DNA from: the human T2T-CHM13v2.0 reference genome, Homo sapiens
DNA: 64,000 nt
NCBI RefSeq assembly: GCF_009914755.1
Contig: NC_060925.1
Reading direction: 5' to 3' (one strand)
Position numbers and translations under genes: made by a program. The notes beneath the pieces were generated by a model, which worked only from the letters and a program-made list of their open reading frames with translations, searched no databases and was not told the origin of the DNA. This document shows positions 28,878 to 39,915 of this stretch, piece by piece; the first letter of the stretch is position 1, and each line of letters begins with the position of its first letter.

Positions 28878-29779
28878 CAAGGCTGACTATATAGTTCACA
28901 GGGCCCAGTGGAAAATGAAAATGACGGGCCCCTAAACAGAAAAAAGTATCTTTCCTTTCTTCCGTGGTCTCTCATTTGACTTGACATGAAATTATTAATT
29001 TGCTATTTAATGTTGTTAAGTAAATAAAATTTTAGAATTTAATTTATTAGCATGAATTGTACCATTCATCTTTCTGTTGTGTGGTGCAAGTTTAAAATGT
29101 AAATAAAACCATTTCTTTTTTAGAATCACCAAAATTATACAATTTCTACTTTGAAATTCTCATATACATATGTATTTCTCTCTTGCCAGAACATGGAAAT
29201 GAGTTCACAAAGTAAACTCAACTGTTTTTATTTCACTTCTTGATGTACCCACAGTCTACCGGCACCCTCTACCTTTGGCTTACTGAAGAGTAAGGAAGAA
29301 CTGAGAGGAAAGGAATTACAGGTTGCCCTATTTTTCCTTCTATGTCATCATTTCAAGTGCTTGGCTAATACAGGGAGGTAACCTGTGTAAGAAAGGATAT
29401 GATAAGTTTTCTTGGTCCTTCATGTTTCTTAAAACACCATTGTCTTCTCTCTGCATTAGAAGCAAGCTCTGGTTCAAGTGGAAAGCACAGTCCCTCAGGA
29501 TGGTGAGCATTCAGTTATAGATATAACATGCTTACCTCATGCTTGCTTTCAGTATCATAAAGTCCCTTTCGTTGTGGACCCATCAGAATTCTGTGCTCAT
29601 GGAGCACTGTGAACACTGTATGCAAATGAGGCATCAAGAACAGGAGCCACCCATATTGCGTGCATCTCCTCCACTCCCATCGGACAACACACAGGTCCAA
29701 AGATAAAAGTAAGTATTTCATGATGGCAACAGCAGAGCATTAAACCAAGCACAGGCCACATGCTCATGAAGTTAGCCTG
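28878..29779 (-). mobile_element. MER45B-like hAT-Tip100 DNA transposon
   Basis: The reverse complement of the right end reads 'caggctaacttcatgagcatgtggcctgtgcttggtttaatgctctgctgttgcc'. The left end has 'gggcccagtggaaaatgaaaatgacgggccc'. Confidence 0.7.
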
Positions 29780-32741
29780 AGTTAAATGGAAAATAATACA
29801 GTTTGATTTCATTTTTGCTTTGAAAACACACACATACACACATAAACACACACACACGAATGCACACAGGAAATTTTAAAGACTGGAAGGATATACACTG
29901 AAATATCAATATTAGCTATTTCCAGGTTTTATAAATGACTTCTATTTTTTTGCTTTGTGTTCTGCTGTGCTTTCAAAATAAACTTGTAGTAAACCTGTCT
30001 ACTTGTAATAATAAAAAATAGTTTGTTTATAAGACTGTTGCTTGGGAAGCCATCCCTTTATGCAGTTACAGTAAGAAGAATGTCAGATGGCCGAACAGGC
30101 CCTCCTCAACGTGCATCCTCAGGGCAAGCCAATTTCATTTCATTTCACCACTTGGAAGCGCTCTTTTTCCCCAACCCCACCAGGATGGCGAGAGAGAGGG
30201 TGCCAGATGGTGGAGTGGCTTTGTAGTCCTTTTAAGATAGCTTCATCTATTGTTGGGACAGTTTAAGCACTCAAAGTTGTGTCACCTTCTAGTCTTTGCC
30301 AATAATGTTATCATTTGATATGGAAACGATGCATACCATTAAAATGGTAATTTGATTTTTAAATGTGCTTCAGCAGCCAGCGCGCCCTGACTGAAGTATT
30401 TATCCTGTTTTTCCAAACCCTTTCTTCTTGAGCCACAGTAAGCGAGCTGCATGGATTAAGTTCAAGTGTGTGATATATCTTCTTCATCCTTTTGTTTGTT
30501 TGTTTGTTTATTTTATGAATGGGACAGGTTTGGCAAATATTCCTTCCCTAGAGGAAGCCAGGAAGTGAACTCTGGTTGTTCAGATTTTACTACCTGCCAT
30601 ACTGTCTTATTCATCAGGTATATCCAAGGCACCTCTCACAACTTGCAATATAGTAGATGCTCAGTAAATCTCTATTAAATGAACAAATGGTGTGGCTTGC
30701 ATAAGTGAATAAAGTCAGTAATTCACTTAGAAAGCATACCTATCTAAAATTTCTCCATTACAGTCCCAGAGGCAGAACTGAATTTAATTAGAGACAACAT
30801 AGAAAATGACATACATGGTGGCATCTGAGCAATAGGGCCACTCAACTCAAAAATTTTCTACCAAGGTGCCTAGAATTCCACCAAAAGATATGCATTCCTT
30901 TGGGTTAAATCACTTCTGAAGTCTCCTTTTGAAATTCAAAATCCTCAGGAGAAAACACCATATTAACCCTTTATTGTCCGGTACAGTTGAGCTTACCAGT
31001 TAACTAGTGTTTACTTAGGACTCTAGAGAGCGAGGTCTGTGACTATATCTGGATGAGAAGGAGGGGTCAGGCATCCATGGTGGTGCTATACAAGGCAGAT
31101 ATATATATATAGTCTAGGATAGCCAGAAAGTAGCACGAACACTCTGTGGGGCTAGAAAAGAGAAAGGCGGAAGTTAATTAAGGAGTCATATGAAGAAAGA
31201 AAGATGTTGAGGAAAAGAGAGATTAAGTGAATTTAAATAAATTTCACCTATTTAAAATTTTCCCTTGGGCTGGCTTTCCTTTCTATTAATTCCTTCTGGT
31301 GATGCCCCAATGCTGGCTGGCCATTCACAAAGCTCCTGACCTTTTAAGTAAATGCATCCCATTTATTCTATGTTTAGTGTCTGAAAGGGATGGTGGAAGA
31401 GGTTGATAATGGGATGGTTAAAGGAATTAAACACTTGTAGAGTTTTAACCCAGACCATCAAAATGCAGTCTTGATCTAGGCATTCAAAGTGGGTATTAAG
31501 TTCAAGATCTGACTCTGGAGATTTCCAGAATGAAACAAGAGGGAAAATGGGACAGCAGAGAACAGAACTAAATGAAATGGACTGGAATTGAAAGGAGTGG
31601 TGTTCAATTCTTACAAGGAGAATATAAAATTTCAGCCGTGTCACTAGCTCACGATCTCATCAGTTAGTTGAAAGAATTAAGTATCTTTGAGAATAAATCT
31701 TAGAGAAGAATCCATTTAAAAAAAAGAAGATGATGAATTAGCTGTATAAAAGATTTAGGTTCAGGAAAATCTAGGTTATTAGTGGATGTTGGCCATGGGG
31801 AGATTAAATAATGTTCCTCTCCTTCAATTTGTGTTTGTTTAATGCAGAAATTGGCTGGGCAGCATTACTAAGCCTTCGTGATAAAGAGAAGTTTGAATTC
31901 CAAGAAACATGTCACCCACCTTCTCCAGTCCATGTTCCTGCCAACCCTAGTTCAGCATCCAAATTTGTGAGAGGTGAAAAAAAAATGAAAAGTATGAAAA
32001 CGTGATGTAATTTTCTTCCTTGTTTAATTATGAAAAGGTTGCTTTACTCTCCTTCCTTTCTACATTGTGAGCCTTTAGGGAGGAGTAAGACATTTTCAAC
32101 CTGCTTACCCAAGCCATTATCAGAGTAGATTAGAGCTAGCAACCTTGCATGCAAATGGACCAACTTGACAAAAAAAAAAAAATTGGAATTTAGATAGCAA
32201 CAAATAAACTGTATTGAAGGCTAATTTCAATGCTTTGCCCTTGCATTGATGGAGCTGAAACTAGGACAGAGTTATTGAGTTGTTTAGCTGCATTCTCTCT
32301 CCTTTAGGACTTATTATACACGACTCCTCTCTCTCAATCCTCATCTGCCCTCCATGCACAAACACACCTGCCCCAGCACAGATTCTCTGTCTACTTAAAG
32401 CTAACAGTTACCATCACTCCACAGATGTCATATGATCAAATAACTCTGCTTATGACTTCAGGGCACAGCCAGATACCATAGGGTACTTGTTGGAACAAGC
32501 CATCTCTTAGTCACATATTTCTCACCTGCATGCCTTTCAGGAAATACCCCAGGCATTTATTTTCCAGATGAATTATATCTGTCATTCTCACCAATTTCTT
32601 TCTATATCCCCTCAACTCTCGCCAACTCCTTGTCTACATCTCTGAAGACAGCTTGTAGCAAAAATGCACAGCCAGCAAAATTTGCCTTTGGGCTGTCTTG
32701 TTTGTTCCTCCACCATGTCCCCATTCTTGGTGTCCTCTCAA

Positions 32742-33100
32742 TCCTTCCAATCTACAAATATGGCTTTTCCTTTTGTGTGTGTGTCCTCTTCAATTTCATT
32801 CATTGGTGTTTTATAGTTTTCATTCCAAGATCTTTCACTTCTTCGGTTGTTTTTCCTACTTATTTTTTTGTAGCTATTGTACATTAGCGCACTTTCTGGG
32901 TTTCTTTTTCAGGTTGTTCACTGTTGGCATATAAGAAGGCTATTGATTTTGTATGTTGATTTTGTATCCTGCAACTTTACTTAACTGTTTATCTGTCCTA
33001 AGAGTTTTCTGATGAAGTCTTGAGGTTTTCCCATATAGAAGATCACATCATCTTCAAAGATGATTTGACTTTCTTATTTTCCATTGAAGAATGCCCTTTA
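32742..33100 (-). mobile_element. L1 ORF2 fragment, inverted copy of 33673-34046
   Basis: The reverse complement aligns end to end with the neighbouring + strand L1 segment. Confidence 0.85.
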
Positions 33101-33104
33101 GATT

Positions 33105-33545
33105 GAATATGACCAGTTGCAGTAAGTTTAAGCCAGTTTTCAACTGGCCAAAATTGGTTTTGCATAGCTATGACAGGACACAACCAGTTTAGACTGGTTC
33201 TGACCATAGCTATGACAGGCCACAACCAGTTTAGACTGGTTCTGACCATCTGTAATTGGTTTTGGCTGGTTTGGGCCAACCTCAACCTGTTCATACCAGT
33301 TCTGCCAGGTTATGGCTGGTTCTGATAGGCTTAGACCAATTACACCTGGTCACAACTGGTTTAGACTAGTTATGACTGCCACAGCCACTTTAGACTGGCT
33401 ATGGCTGGCCTCAACCAGTTTTGCCCAGCTTTGTCTGCCTACACTTGGTTTACACCAGTTCAGACTGATTATGGCCTGTTCCAACCAAATCAGTCCTGTT
33501 TCAACTGGCCACAACCACGTTAGACCTTCTCTTACGAGGTGCAAT
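33105..33545. repeat. 10-bp-period degenerate array (ACCAGTTTAG/ACTGGTTCTG), left block
   Basis: CYRG cores recur about every 10 bp. Includes a 42-bp near-perfect tandem duplication at 33163-33204 and 33205-33246. Confidence 0.85.
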
Positions 33546-33549
33546 TAGT

Positions 33550-34307
33550 TTAGTGTCATATGGAACTGGGAAAACCTGAGATACGGAACAAGCCAAAAAT
33601 GCCCACTTTCACTACTTTTTTTCAACATAGTACTGTAAGTCCTAGCCAGAGCAATTGGATAAGAAAAAGACATAAAGGGCATATAAACTGGAAATAATAA
33701 AGTCAAATTATTCTTGATTGAAGATTACATTATCTTATATATGGACAAACCTAAAGACTCCATCAAAAAATTCTCATAACAGATACACAAATTCAGTAAA
33801 ACTGCAAGATAAAAAATCAACATACAAAAATCAATAGCCTTCCTATATGCCAACAGTGAACAATCTGAAAAAGAAAACCAAGAAAGTGCTCTAATGTACA
33901 ATAGCTACGAAAAAGAAGTAGGAATCAATTCAACCAAAGAGGTGAAAAATCTCTAGAATGAAAACTATAAAACACCAGTGAAAGAAATTGAAGGGGACAC
34001 ACACAAAAAAGGGGAAAGATATTCCATGTTTACATATTGGAAGAATCAGTATTGTTAAATGTTCATATTACTCAAAGTGTTCTATAGATTCAGTGCAATC
34101 CCTATCAAAATATCAGTAATATTCCTCACAGAAATAGAAACAATAATCCTAAAACTAATACGGAGCCACAAAAGACCCATAATAGCCAAAGCATTCTTAA
34201 GTAAAAAGAACAAAGTTGGAGGCATCACACTACCAGACTTCAAAATGTACTATAAAGTTATAATAGCCAAAACAGCATGGTAGTGGCACAAAAAAATAAA
34301 CATAGAG
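33550..34307 (+). mobile_element. L1 ORF2 fragment, 5' of the retrocopy
   Basis: ORF 34059-34283 ([10 protein letters not shown]...[18 protein letters not shown]...KTAW) is L1 ORF2. Confidence 0.92.
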
Positions 34308-34944
34308 GTCCCGGCGCCACTCGGCCCAGAGGGACCGGTCCACGGACTGGACCGCCGGGACCACCCGGCCCGGCCCGGCCCCTGCCTGCGCCTCTCCGCG
34401 CCGCCCTGCGCCCCGCCCGCGAGGCCGGGCCGAGCAGCCAGGTGCGGCGGGTAGGGGATGCCGTGGGCGGGGCCCAACGGAGCGGACGGAAGCACGGGGC
34501 GCGGGGCTGGACCCCCGGACACCCCGTCCCGCGCCCCCACCCCCTGTAGGCGCCGCGCAGCACCTACCTGCGCCCTCCCGGACCCCGCGCGCTCGGCGCC
34601 GGTGGGGGCTTCTCAGGTGACCGCGGGGCCGGGGTCGCGGGCTGGGCCCTCCCGGCTGACAGCAGCGCCCGTGCCCCGCGCCGGATTGGGGGCCGAGGCC
34701 GGGGCCAGGGTTGGCCGGAGCGCGGAAGGTTGGGGAGGAGAGGCAGGCCGCCCAGCCTACGGGTACCCGGTTCCAGCGCGCGCGGGAGGCTTGCAGAGGC
34801 GGCCGAAGGCCTAGTGACAGGCGCGCGGCGCAGACCCCGGAAGCCCACTTGTCAGAATTACCGGTCAGCTGGGCCGGCGCCGCCGGGGTCTGGGGTGGTC
34901 CCACGAGTCTGCACGTTGCTCCGGGACCCAGGGGCTGCGCCCAG
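34308..34944. promoter_or_regulatory. CpG island carried in the 5' leader of the retrocopy
   Basis: Very GC-rich and CpG-dense (8 CpG in 34321-34380 alone), with a GC box (CCCCGCCC). Flanked by AT-rich L1. Confidence 0.8.
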
Positions 34945-37408
34945 AAGTCATTTTTCTTCTCTGGGAGGGTGACCATTTATAGCATTGATTTCCCAGATTT
35001 AGTAACATGGCAAAAGTTGCTGGTCTAATTGAAGCAAACGGAGAACTCAAGGTCTTCATAGACCAGAACCTTAGTCCCGGAAAAGGCATTGGTGTCCCTC
35101 ATAGCCGTTCACCCCTCCATCGTCAGCCCGCTCGGGAAACAGCTCTTGCCGAAAACCTTTGGACAGTCCAATGTCAACGTTGTCCCGCAAGTGGTAACCG
35201 GTACGCCTCAGAGACCGGCAGCGTCAAACACCCTCGTGATAGGTAGCCCACACACCGCCAGCACTCACTTTGCCTCTCAGAACCAGCCTTCCGACTCCTC
35301 ACCTTGGTCTGCCGGGAAGTGCAACAGGAAAGGAGAGAAGAATGGCAAGGCCTGTGGCATTTCTCCAGGAAGGTCTGAGACAAGGTGCAGTGGAAAGGGA
35401 CCACTTCCTATCACGAGGTGGCGGACGAGCTGGCAGAGGAATTCAGTGCTGCCGGCAACCACATCTTACCAAGCGAGTCAGCTTATGACCAGAGCAACAT
35501 CGATGGCGCGTCTACTATGCCTTAAACGTGCTGATGGCCATGAACATCTCCAAGGAGAAGAAGGAGATCAAGTGAGTTGGTCTGCCCACCAACTCGGCTC
35601 AGGAATGTCAGAACTTAGAGGTGGAAAGACAGAGGAGACTTGACAGAATAAAACAGAAAATCTCAATTTCAGAAACTTATTCGACAGCAAATTGCCTTCA
35701 AGAACCTGGTGAAGAGAGAAACCAGCACGCGGAGCAGCAGGCCAGCCGGCCAACGACGCCCAGCTGGCTCATCCACCTGCCCTTCATCATCGTTAACACC
35801 AGCAAGACCGTCATCGACTGCAGCAGCATCTCCAACGACAAATTCGAGTATCTGTTTAATTTTGACAACACATCTGAAATCTACAATGACATAGAAGTGC
35901 TGAAGCGGATGAGCATGGCTTGTGGGCTGGAGTCCGGGAGCTGCTCTGCCGAAGACCTTAAAATGGCCAGAAGTCTGGTCCCAAAGGCTCTGGAGCCGTA
36001 CGTGACAGAAATGGCTCAGGGAACTGGTGGAGGCGTGTTCATCACGACGGCACGTTCCATGTCTAACGGCAAGAAGCTCTCTGCCAGTGACCTGACCAAT
36101 GGTGTGGATGAGATACTGGCCACAAGCTCCAACCTCAGTACAATGGCTCCAGGGTGGAGACCCCGGTGTCCTACGTCGGGAAGGATGACGAGGAGGACGA
36201 CTTCAACGAGAACAACAAGGACGACTGACGTCCTCTCCACTTCACATTCAGCTTCAGGAAAATGTTTAGGGAAAATAAACTTTTTTTTTTCAATGTGGGT
36301 TTTCTGTTTCCTTTAGGCCTACTCCTAAGAAGATATTGGTAAGCCATTGAATTTAGATATGCACCTCTGATAAGCAAGGATTGTTTACCGTGGGAGTAGG
36401 ACGTGCTGTGGATCTATGTTTTGATACCAGTGTGCTGATGCCCAGCATTTATTTACTTTTTAGGATTTTGTGTTTTCATTTTCTGTTTTTAAGTGCAGAC
36501 TTAATTTTTGCCCCTTAACAGTTTTTGCTGAGTTTGCTGAAGAAATTGTATTTCATCCACATACATGAAAATAAAACGCCCTCCTGTTGTGGATGGTGAG
36601 CACCGAATGCCGTTTATTTGTCGTGAGTTTGGACAGCACCCACGCTGGCTGATAGTGAGACTCTGCGGAGTTGTCCATTTGTTCAGTGGTACGGTGTCCA
36701 AGAACCCCAAGCAAACAGCAGAATTCGACTTTCTAAACAATAAACACCATCAACCTTACTGACTTTATTCTCCCTTAAATTATATTGACTGTTGTGATTC
36801 CATCAAGTTTATACACTTTCTCTATTTTGCAGCAACAAATTGCAAAGTGCTTTTGTTTGTTTTTGTTTGGTTTGGTTAAAGCTTATTGCCACACTGGTGC
36901 AGCTATGGAGACTGTCTGGAAGGCTTGGGATGGTTTATTGCTTATGGTAAAATTTGCCTGATTTCTTACAGGCAGCGTTTGGAAACCTTTTATTATATAG
37001 TTGTTTACATACTTACAAGTCTATCATTTAAAGACATGTACTGAAACAAATGTTGTATTTGTTTCATAAGCATCTTCCTGTAATCTATTATAAAATTGAA
37101 ATTAAATATAGGGAATGTTTTAACAATTTTTAACTCAAAATTTGTCATTTTTAATAGTTCTTTTTTTATAAAAAGAAAAAAGGAATTTAAGGACAGGCAG
37201 TAGTCTTTTAAAATTTATTCACAAAATCCATTAACTGCACGGTTGCTATTAGCTGCCTGTTCTAAAATGAGTCTTTTTATTGAAACAAACTTTTCTGTAA
37301 TATTTTATGGAATATAAAGAGACTTTAATTGTTTGACTTGTTTACCTTGGCGCTGTTGGTTTTTATTAATGAAACGTGCATGGGCATCTAAAAAAAGATA
37401 AAAAAAAA
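34308..37408 (+). pseudogene. TFDP1P: Processed pseudogene of transcription factor Dp-1 (TFDP1)
   Basis: Intronless CDS remnant 35007-36228: [27 protein letters not shown] / [16 protein letters not shown] / [12 protein letters not shown]...[12 protein letters not shown] / [29 protein letters not shown], ending in acidic-tail codons and TGA at 36226. Frameshifts near 35088, 35350, 35660-35710 and 36133, and stops in the DNA-binding region (gtc TGA gac, aag TGA gtt). Has a 3'UTR, an A tail at ~37390-37408, and TSD AAACATAGAG at 34298-34307 and 37409-37418. Confidence 0.97.
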
Positions 37409-37921
37409 AAACATAGAGAACCCAGAAATAAATTCGCAAATATACTGTTAACTCATTTTCAACAAAGGCATCAATAACATACATTGGGAAAAGGATAGTC
37501 TCTTCAATGAATAGTACTGGGAAAACTGGATATGCTTATGCAGAAGAATGAAACTAGACTCCTATTTCTTGCCATATAAACAAATCAAAATGGATTAAGG
37601 ATGTAAATTTAAGACCTAAAACTATGCAACTACTAGAATAAAACATTGGAGAAACACTCTAGAATATTGTTCTGGACACAGATTTCTGGAGTAAGACCTC
37701 AAAAACACAGGCAACAAAAGCAAAATTTGACAAACAGAATCACATCAAGCAAAAAAGCTTCTGCACAGGGAAGAAACAACAAAGCCAGTTTCAACTGCTT
37801 TAAACATTGAGCAAGGACTTGAGTAGCCATTTCTACAAAAACAATTTGTAAATGTCCAAGAAGCACATGAAAATATGTTCAGCATCGTTACTCACAAGGT
37901 ATAGGCAAATCAAAACCATAA
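37409..37921 (+). mobile_element. L1 ORF2 continuation, 3' of the retrocopy, with an internal deletion
   Basis: Resumes at 'atagagaacccagaaataaa...gcagaagaatgaaactagac...aaaaaagcttctgcacag' and jumps at ~37784-37805 to 'gcaaggacttgagtagccatttct'. Confidence 0.9.
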
Positions 37922-38054
37922 TTCACGAGTTTATTTTTAATTTGAGGACCTCCAATAATCTATGGTTTGCTGTTCATCATGTGCTGCTACTGTTCTATGA
38001 ACAGTCATGAGCAGTCAGCGCTGGACACTGCTGTTTACCCCTGAACACTGCCCA

Positions 38055-39530
38055 TCATAACCAGGTGAAGCCAGACATAATGAGTCAAAACCAGGAGAAA
38101 CTAGCTAAAAGCTAGTCTAAACTGGCCGAGATCGGCTTCAACCAGTTGTGACTGGCCCCAGCCTGTTTATACCAGTTCTTTCTGGTCTAGGCTATTTCCA
38201 ACTGATTTAGATGAGTTTTAACTGGCCACAAATGATTTAGACTGACTATAACTGGCTACAATCTGTTTAGACTGGTTTCTTCTGGCCACAATTAGTTTGG
38301 ATTGGTTATGACCGACCATGACATGTTTAGACAGATTGAACATGGAACAACTGGTTTAGGCTGGTTTATACCAGCCACAGTTAATTTTGGCCATTTCTGA
38401 CTGGTCTTGGTCTGTTCCAAATGGTTTAGACCCGTTTTGACTGTCCCAAACTAGTTTGGACCTATTATGACCAGCCACAACTGGTTTAGACTGGTTTTAA
38501 TAGGGTATAACTGGTTTAGGCCAATTTTCAGTGGCCACAGTTTGTGTTTCTCACTGGTCGTGGTTTTTTACAACCAGTTTTGACTGATTTCAATAGGCCA
38601 CAATAAGTTCAAACCAGTTCTGACTGGCTGCAGACAATTTAAGCTGGTTGTGGCTGGTCACAACTTATTTTAATTGGCCACAACTGTTTTAGAACACCTA
38701 TGCCCAGCCTCAGTTTTGACTCATTACTCATTTTGACCAGCTGCAATTGGTTTATGCCTGTTCTGACTGGTCATGGCTGATTCTGACCAGTTTAGACTAG
38801 TTTCAACCAGTTTAGGCTGCCTCTGATCAGCTGCAATTGGTTTTGACTGATTTTGACCTGCCATAATTTGCCTGAACCAGCTATGATTGGCTGTGACTGG
38901 TTTAAACCCTGCCTAGACCATCCACAACCAGTTTTGGTGGGTTTCAATCAGTCATTGATGATTCTAACCAATTTCAACTGGCCACAACTGCGTTAGACCA
39001 CTTTTGACCAGCTGCAAAATATTGATGCTGGTTTCAGCTAGGCTCAACTGTGACTTGTTACAACCAGTTTAAACTGGTTCTGATTGATCATGGCAGGCTC
39101 TTACCGTTTTGACTGGTTATAACTAGCCACAAATGGTTTAGACCAGTTCTGACTGGCTGCAGCTGGTTTAGGCCAGTATTAAGTGGCCCACAACACCAGT
39201 TTCTAATGGTTATTGAAAGGCATGACCAGTTTAGAGTGGTTTGAACTGGGCACAACAGATTTATGCTGGTTCTGATCCATTACTGCCTGTTCCAATTTAT
39301 TTTGACCAATTTTAATGGGTCACAGCTGCTTTACACTGGCTATGGCCGAACCTAACTGGTTTCAACTGATTTTGACCAGCTACAATCAGTCTATGCTGGT
39401 TCTGACTAGTCATGGTTGGTCCCAATCAATTTGGAGTAGTTTCAACTGATTGCAATCAGTTTAAATTTAGGCTGTGATGGCCCAACTAGTTTAGGCCAGT
39501 ATTGACTGGCCACAGTGGGTTTGGATTGGC
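38055..39530. repeat. 10-bp-period degenerate array, right block (~1.5 kb)
   Basis: Cores CTGG/CTGA/CCAG/CTAG/CCAG/CTGC at 38767, 38777, 38787, 38797, 38807 and 38817. 'cacaaccagtttagactggtt'-like phrases recur throughout. Confidence 0.9.
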
Positions 39531-39714
39531 CTTTTCAAAACCTGATCTGGAAAGGACCCATGCTGGTTAATTATTCATTAGTGTGATTGCTTTTATCTCA
39601 GACATTTGGGTTTAAAGCCCAATGAGAAGTCTTCCTTTTGTACCCTCAAGGACCTTTCTAGTGCTAGTGATGGGATGGAGAGGAGAGGTTCTCTAGGACT
39701 CTGAATTATACCTC

Positions 39715-39915
39715 CCTAGGTAAGTTTCTCCAGGTATGGTGTGAGGACCCTGAGCATCAAAATTACCTAACACACTGATTAAATAAGCAACTGGACTGCT
39801 TCTCCCCCGCCAACCCCCAAACACTACTGAATAGGACTTGTTGGGGTGAGCACAGAAATCTATCATTTACTAAAACCTCCTGATGATACTGAAGCCCAAC
39901 AAGGTCTGTAAACTT
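39715..39915. mobile_element. MER5-family hAT fragment
   Basis: 'agtttctccaggtatggtgtgaggaccctgagcatcaaaattacct...cctcctgatgatactgaag'. Confidence 0.5.

Noticed and set aside
34230-34976. 248-aa minus-strand ORF and overlapping GC-rich ORFs
   Set aside because: They are antisense or alternative frames of the CpG island. Stop codons are rare at this GC content, the translation is low-complexity P/G/A/R, and the ORF ends in L1.
35007-36228. Functional TFDP1 or TFDP3-like retrogene
   Set aside because: A frameshift after codon 27 and further frameshifts and stops in the DNA-binding region rule out an intact protein.
38794-38813. p53/p63 response-element reading of the decamer array
   Set aside because: Only occasional CTAG or CATG cores fit RRRCWWGYYY. 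Most cores are CCAG or CTGG, which fit the CP2/GRHL family better.
33105-39530. CRISPR-like reading of the palindromic repeats
   Set aside because: This is eukaryotic DNA with no unique spacers and no cas genes. The units are contiguous degenerate decamers.
32680-39545. Single TSD bounding the whole L1/array composite
   Set aside because: Only a weak similarity ('ttgcctttg' against 'tggcctttt') was found, which is too short to support.
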